The notes under the pieces are model-generated. The model made no database searches and was not told the origin of the DNA. It saw only the letters and a program-made list of their open reading frames with translations. From Lama guanicoe (lineage: Eukaryota), in NCBI GenBank assembly GCA_013239625.1, contig MU054391.1, positions 1,889,130-1,953,129 on the forward strand: 64,000 bases of DNA, read 5' to 3'. Made by a program: the position numbers and the translations under genes. Below, piece by piece: positions 59,008 to 64,000 of the stretch. The stretch's first letter is position 1. Each line of letters starts with the position of its first letter.

Positions 59008-61941
59008 CTAAACACGTCAGCTTTTAAGTGCTCTCTTCCTGTCCTGGCAAATACGGTAAACGATGCTGTCGATTTTCAAGGCGCGTCGGTGTAACCAGAA
59101 GGTCCGCCGTGGCCGAGGGCCCTGGGTGCCCCCTGAGCTGAGGGCAGCATCCCACCCACTGGGACGCGGCGGCCCCCACCACCATCAGAAGCTCTGTCTG
59201 GGGTCTTCATGGTGCTGTCTCACCACGGGTTTGAGGAGGGGCTTGGCTCCCGAGATGCGACGCCTCTCCTGAGGTTATCGGGGTCCTAGGTGGACGGCAC
59301 CCCCACGTCCCTCTGTGGGATCAGAGGCGAGACTGTGCAGTGGGCTGTCTCCCTACACGGTCACTCGTGTTAGGTGGGGGCAGGAATCTGGGCCCTCCCG
59401 GAAAGCACGGTTCTGTTGTCAAGACTTAGTTTCAAAGATAAATGGCTGATTGTTGTTGAAAGTATGAGTGAGCTGCATGGCTTCAGTCTCTGCCAACGTG
59501 AAAACACAGGCGTAGACGAGGTCCCTGGAGATCAGGTCGTCTAGCCCTCCTGCTAAGTCTTCAAGAAGGTGAAGGGTTGTGGCAGAGGGGGTGGCAAGCC
59601 GCCTTCCGGCGGGTGGAAACCGCCCCCGAGGCGGCCCTCACTGAAGTGTGCTTTGTCCCTGAGCTGTTCAACGTCACGCACATTTTCGCTTGACCCTGGG
59701 TGCTGTCTGTCGACGGACAGTTAGGCCGTCCCCATGTCTTGGCTACTGTTGACAGAAGCGCAGTCGTTTGGAGCCGAACCTCAGCATCACCGCCTGGGCT
59801 TCCTTCCTCTGGTTTGCCTCCGGCCTGTGCTTTGTGTTTGGATCACTCTGGGCTGGTTGCCTGGCCTCCTCCGCCCGGCTTCCCTCATCGCCAAGCGGGA
59901 CAAGTAGCACCTTCTCAGGGTTGTGACGTGCAGGGAGGTCCTCAGCGTTAGCCGCTACGTAAAGGGTCCCCGATGCCTAGATGCTAGTAGGTCCCAGAGT
60001 TAAAGGAGACACAGTTCAGATGATGATCGAGGGTCCCGTGGTGACTTTCATTCATGCTTTCTTCATAAAAACAAGTGTTCGCTGAGTTCTCTCTGTGTGC
60101 TCAGGTCTCAGCTGGGGTCGGAGGACCTGTAGTCACACAGGCGCTTCCTTGTCCTCCACAGGACTGGTCACCACCATGAGCTGGTCATCGCTACAGGACT
60201 GGTCATCGCCGGGGACTGAGGGTGTGTGGACCTCAGGCTGCAGCGGCTCACGAGGGGACAGGTGGCTGGGCACCTCGGCTGCGCGTCTGGACGACTTGCT
60301 TTCCTGGGGAGGGAAGGGCAGAGCTGGTCTGCCTTGTTGTTAATTTGATTGTATGCGCTCAGCTCAGCTGGGCCACGGCGACCTGGGCCCCCCCACACTT
60401 TCTAGCGTCAGGAGAGCGGGAGGGCGCGGAAGGAAACACGTGGCCCTGAATGGCCTCACTTACGGGGCCGGAGGCTGTGGGCCGGGAGAGCTCTTTGCAC
60501 CCGTCAGTCCTTCCAAGGCTGGCGCTGCGTGTGAGCAAGGCTTCTTGTCGTCTCAGAACCGCCCCGAGCCGCGTGTGGTCTCGGGGTCTGCCGCCTGCGC
60601 AGGGCCCAGCGAGCAGAGGCCAGGCCAGGCCCTGCAGGGGGGGCAGTGAGGGGGGGTGATGGGGCGCGGGGAGCCCGGAAGCCACACAGAGAACCCCCTG
60701 CTCTAGTCACGGGTTGTTAAACTGTGAGAATGTACGACCAGCCCGCATCAGCGCATTTTATGTAGGGGAGGCCGCACTTTCCCAGCGACATCCATGCAAA
60801 TAGGTCTTCACGGAGGGGACGTTCACTTGGGAGGTGCAGCAGCCCGCGTCAGGAGGAGGGGCTCATTCTGACCCTCACTCACGGCGCTGCCGGGACTGAA
60901 CCAAAGCACCAGTGCCGTTTGTGCTGCGGCTGCTGGGCTCTCCTGCTGTCATGGCGACACCTTGAGGTATCCATTCACCCCCAGATTCCAGGCTCTGAAG
61001 GGGCCTGGGTGAAGGCAAGAGTATTTTGTTGAGTAGAAACTAAGCCAACCCATGACCTGCGACCCCGAGAGCAGAAGAACTTCTGCACACACGTGGTCCC
61101 AGTGTTACTGAGCTCTTCCTTGGAGGCCTGGGGGCCACTCAGACCCCCGGGTCAGGCCGTGGGAGCCTGCGACAGGCCTGGCCACGTGAGAGCAGGACCA
61201 GGGGGAAGGTTCGGGGAGCAGTAAGGGGATAAAGGCATGAACATAATGACCTTCACCTTGAGCCGTTAAGGTGTGGCCACCATCCCATCTCACCCTCAAA
61301 GGCACACAATTATCAACTCAAAAGCAGATTAGCCGGCAAAAGGGGTTTTAGAGGTTTTTCTTTTTTAAATCCACGTGCAGACAAAGTACTTCCTACAGGG
61401 ATCTGTAACCACTAGTTTACGTTCAACGTGGGTATCCTCAAAAGGTGTGCTTCTTGCAGAAACAATTTTAAACTGGGAACAAAATATTTAACCTCCAGGT
61501 CATCAGAGGAAGGGCTATATGATCATCTGGATTAATGAAGCCCCCAGCCTTGTGTTTCTAAATAATATTTTGAAGTCTGTCTTTGAATGGATTTGGATCG
61601 AGGTCATTTCATGCAAACACAAGACAAAGGGGAAAATGCACTCAAGTTCAGGAGAGACTGAGCTCGGTTGATAAAAACAGAACGAAAGGAGAGCTCGTGG
61701 GGCAGCTGGCGGAGAGCCGGATTCTCGCCTGGACTCTGCCCCCAGGTCCCGACGTCTCAGCCGCACGCCCCCAGCTGCCAGCGCTTTCCCTGCCTTCGAG
61801 GACACAGCTTCTGCTCTGCGGTTCTAGTGATGCCACCAAAATGTTAAGAGAAGTGAGTAGAACTTTAAGGGAACAAGAGCAAAGACTGAAGACAGACGTT
61901 TCTCCCATTTCACTTAAAATAAAGACCAGGGCTTATTTTGA

Positions 61942-61944
<3 letters not shown>

Positions 61945-62004
<60 letters not shown>

Positions 62005-62068
62005 TTTTTTTTTATTTTTCTTCTTTTTCNNNNNNNNNNNNNNNTTTTTTTTTTTTTTTTTTTTTTTT
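61945..62068. repeat. Long poly(T) tract with N gap
   Basis: Direct read. Confidence 0.9.
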
Positions 62069-62332
62069 AAATATTACCTGACTTTTCCCGGTTGTGGTAA
62101 GTTAGCATAAACTTGTCATAGGGCTGCTGCTGGGTTCAGCTGCATGTGGTGGAAAGTCTCAGTTTTCAGTAAGAAATGTTTGTGCAAAATCAGTGTCAAA
62201 TCCAACTTGGGGCCCAAGTGAAAACTAATAATGACACAGTCAACACATCTGGGGCTTTGCTCTGCGCCTTACGCTTCAGTTTTTAGCACAACACAAGGAG
62301 GAAGGTACTGTGTTTCCATTTCACAGGCGGGG

Positions 62333-62640
62333 TGCTGTGGACCGAATGTGTCACCCCCAAAAAAATTCGCATGTTGACACTCCAGCCTCCAGTGCGGTGG
62401 TGCTGGGAGTGGGGCCTCTGGGAGGTGGTTTGGGTGAGAAGACGCCGCGTGGGTGGGGCCCCCAGGAGGGGCCTGGTGTCCTCATAGGGAAAGGTGAGAG
62501 AGAGACCGTTCTCTCTGAAAGTGAGGCCGCAGCGGGAAGGCTGCTGTCTGCCAGCCAAGAGGGGGCCCTCCCCAGGGGCCAAATATGCTAGCACCTTGAT
62601 CTCGGGCTTCCGTCCTCCAGAATTACGTGCGGAAAACCTT
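62333..62640 (+). mobile_element. MLT1A-like LTR
   Basis: tgctgtggaccgaatgtgtcacccccaaaaaaattcgcatgttgacact...gcaccttgatctcgggcttccgtcctccagaa. Confidence 0.85.
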
Positions 62641-63533
62641 GGGCTCCGCGACGGCTTAGAAAGGCTGTCCAGGAGGGCCGCTGCTTCGCCTGCTCACAGG
62701 CCTCCAGTGTGCGAACTCGGGTCCCCTTCCATACTGCTGAGTCAGCATTACCTCACGGTGACCGCAAACATCGCTTAGATCCTGGAATCATCCTCACTAT
62801 GAGCTGTGCCGCAAATGCTATCTCCTTCATATCAGCCAAGCAGATCCACCAGGGGAGGTGGTCAGAAGGCCACATTTATTTCTCTGTGGTCCAGGAGAAC
62901 AGAGCGGAACCACGAACCCAGATGAACTGCCCCAAGCTGGGGACACCCGTGCTCACCGAGAGGTGCTGGGCGCGGGAATCCTACCGGCTGCGGAGAGTCC
63001 CAGGACGGGCACCGCTCAGGCCGCGTGTTCTGCAGGGGAAAGTGCAGTGCTTCGGTGCGAGCTCCCTTTCAAAGGGTTCTGGAGGAGCCTGGAATATTAA
63101 CGTGGCCTTGATGACCAGAGCTGCTGGTTGATGCGTAAGATGCAAAGAATGGCTCTTTGTGTTCAGTCATGAGGACCAAGAAAAAGCACTCATGGAAACC
63201 AGGTGGCTAACACAGTCTGGATTCTAAAAGCAGAGTGTTTTCTCCAGTGGCTCCAACAGTTACTTGCTGGGAGTAAATATTTTATGTTCGGTTTCAATTT
63301 AAAAATAAAGTTGATATTTTAGCTCTTTTAGAATCCAGATAGCAAGCAGACGATTTGGAAGCCCAGCTCGGAATGCCCCCCGCGTGCTGGGCGAGGCACG
63401 CGCGGGGCAGGGCCAGTTCTGGGCACTGACAGGCACAGAGTGTGCAGGGAAAGATGCTGCAGACTCTGCGGGGGACCCGGGGAGGGCGGGGTCTGGGTGC
63501 CAGCATGGAGCGTGTAGAATATGCTCTCGTTAC

Positions 63534-64000
63534 CTGAGAAGGTCCATTGGGCTTGTTTCGTTTTCCCCCCTCGGTTCACGTTACTGTCTCCCTCTCTAGA
63601 TTCCTGCAGGGAACCTGCGTCCTCTCGCCCCAGGGAGGCACCTGTGCGTGCTCTCTCGGGCAGGGCCGTCATTGTCATGCTGGTCCTCTGACAGCGCTGG
63701 CTTTCCAGCCGTTCCCAGGCCTGATCTCGCTTGAATCTCACTGTTTCAGGAGATGGCAGAATAAGCAGAACCGTCGCTGTTTTAGGGACTAAGGGCTGGG
63801 AGCGCAGAAAAGTTCCCTGGATTTGGCCGAGTTAACACGGGTTCATCCTTGTGGATCTAGAACGGAGTCCAGCAGAGCTGCTCTCTAGACCGTCGTCTTT
63901 GCTGCCGAATTCTGCTGCTCCTGATAAGGATGAGGCCCTCCGTTTGGGGGCTGATTGCCATTGGCATCAGCAGTCTGGCTGGTCCTGCGGGCAGCATTTG
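63534..64000 (-). pseudogene. Candidate large fossil exon running off the right edge (...TADANGNQPP... KTKQAQWTFS)
   Basis: cag|gtaacg donor; disrupted translation. Confidence 0.35.

Larger units (their letters stand above)
120..64000 (-). pseudogene. Candidate very large multi-exon unitary pseudogene of unknown identity, probably running off both window ends (may be two tandem genes)
   Basis: More than 30 non-repeat segments on the minus strand, most with polypyrimidine+AG acceptors and many with GT donors (gtaagt, gtaagg, gtgagc, gtgagt). Several adjacent pairs are phase-compatible across short introns. Translations are protein-like with scattered stops and frameshifts. Confidence 0.65.

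Noticed and set aside
61583..62110. 175-aa ORF with poly-Phe
   Set aside because: Reads through the poly(T) tract and N gap
120..64000. Naming the pseudogene (TTC6, HEATR4, KIAA2012, LRRC63, MANEA or a Mab-21/cGAS-like family were considered)
   Set aside because: No convincing motif-level match to any of these from memory; left unnamed pending a homology search

Overview
Mammalian genomic DNA, most likely camelid (a Vic-1-type tRNA-derived SINE at ~30.3 kb), with four small assembly gaps. I recognise no intact protein-coding gene, and most listed ORFs are noise from GC-rich or repeat sequence. Interspersed repeats are abundant: L1, L2, MIR, MLT1, MER5, Tigger2-type and ERV solo LTRs. The main unexplained structure is a long minus-strand series of more than 30 exon-like segments spanning the whole window. 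Many have canonical AG/GT boundaries, several neighbours are phase-compatible, and their translations look protein-like but carry stops, frameshifts and one DNA-transposon insertion. I interpret this as the fossil of a very large multi-exon gene (a unitary pseudogene, or two tandem ones) that I cannot name. All exon calls were made by eye and need homology confirmation.
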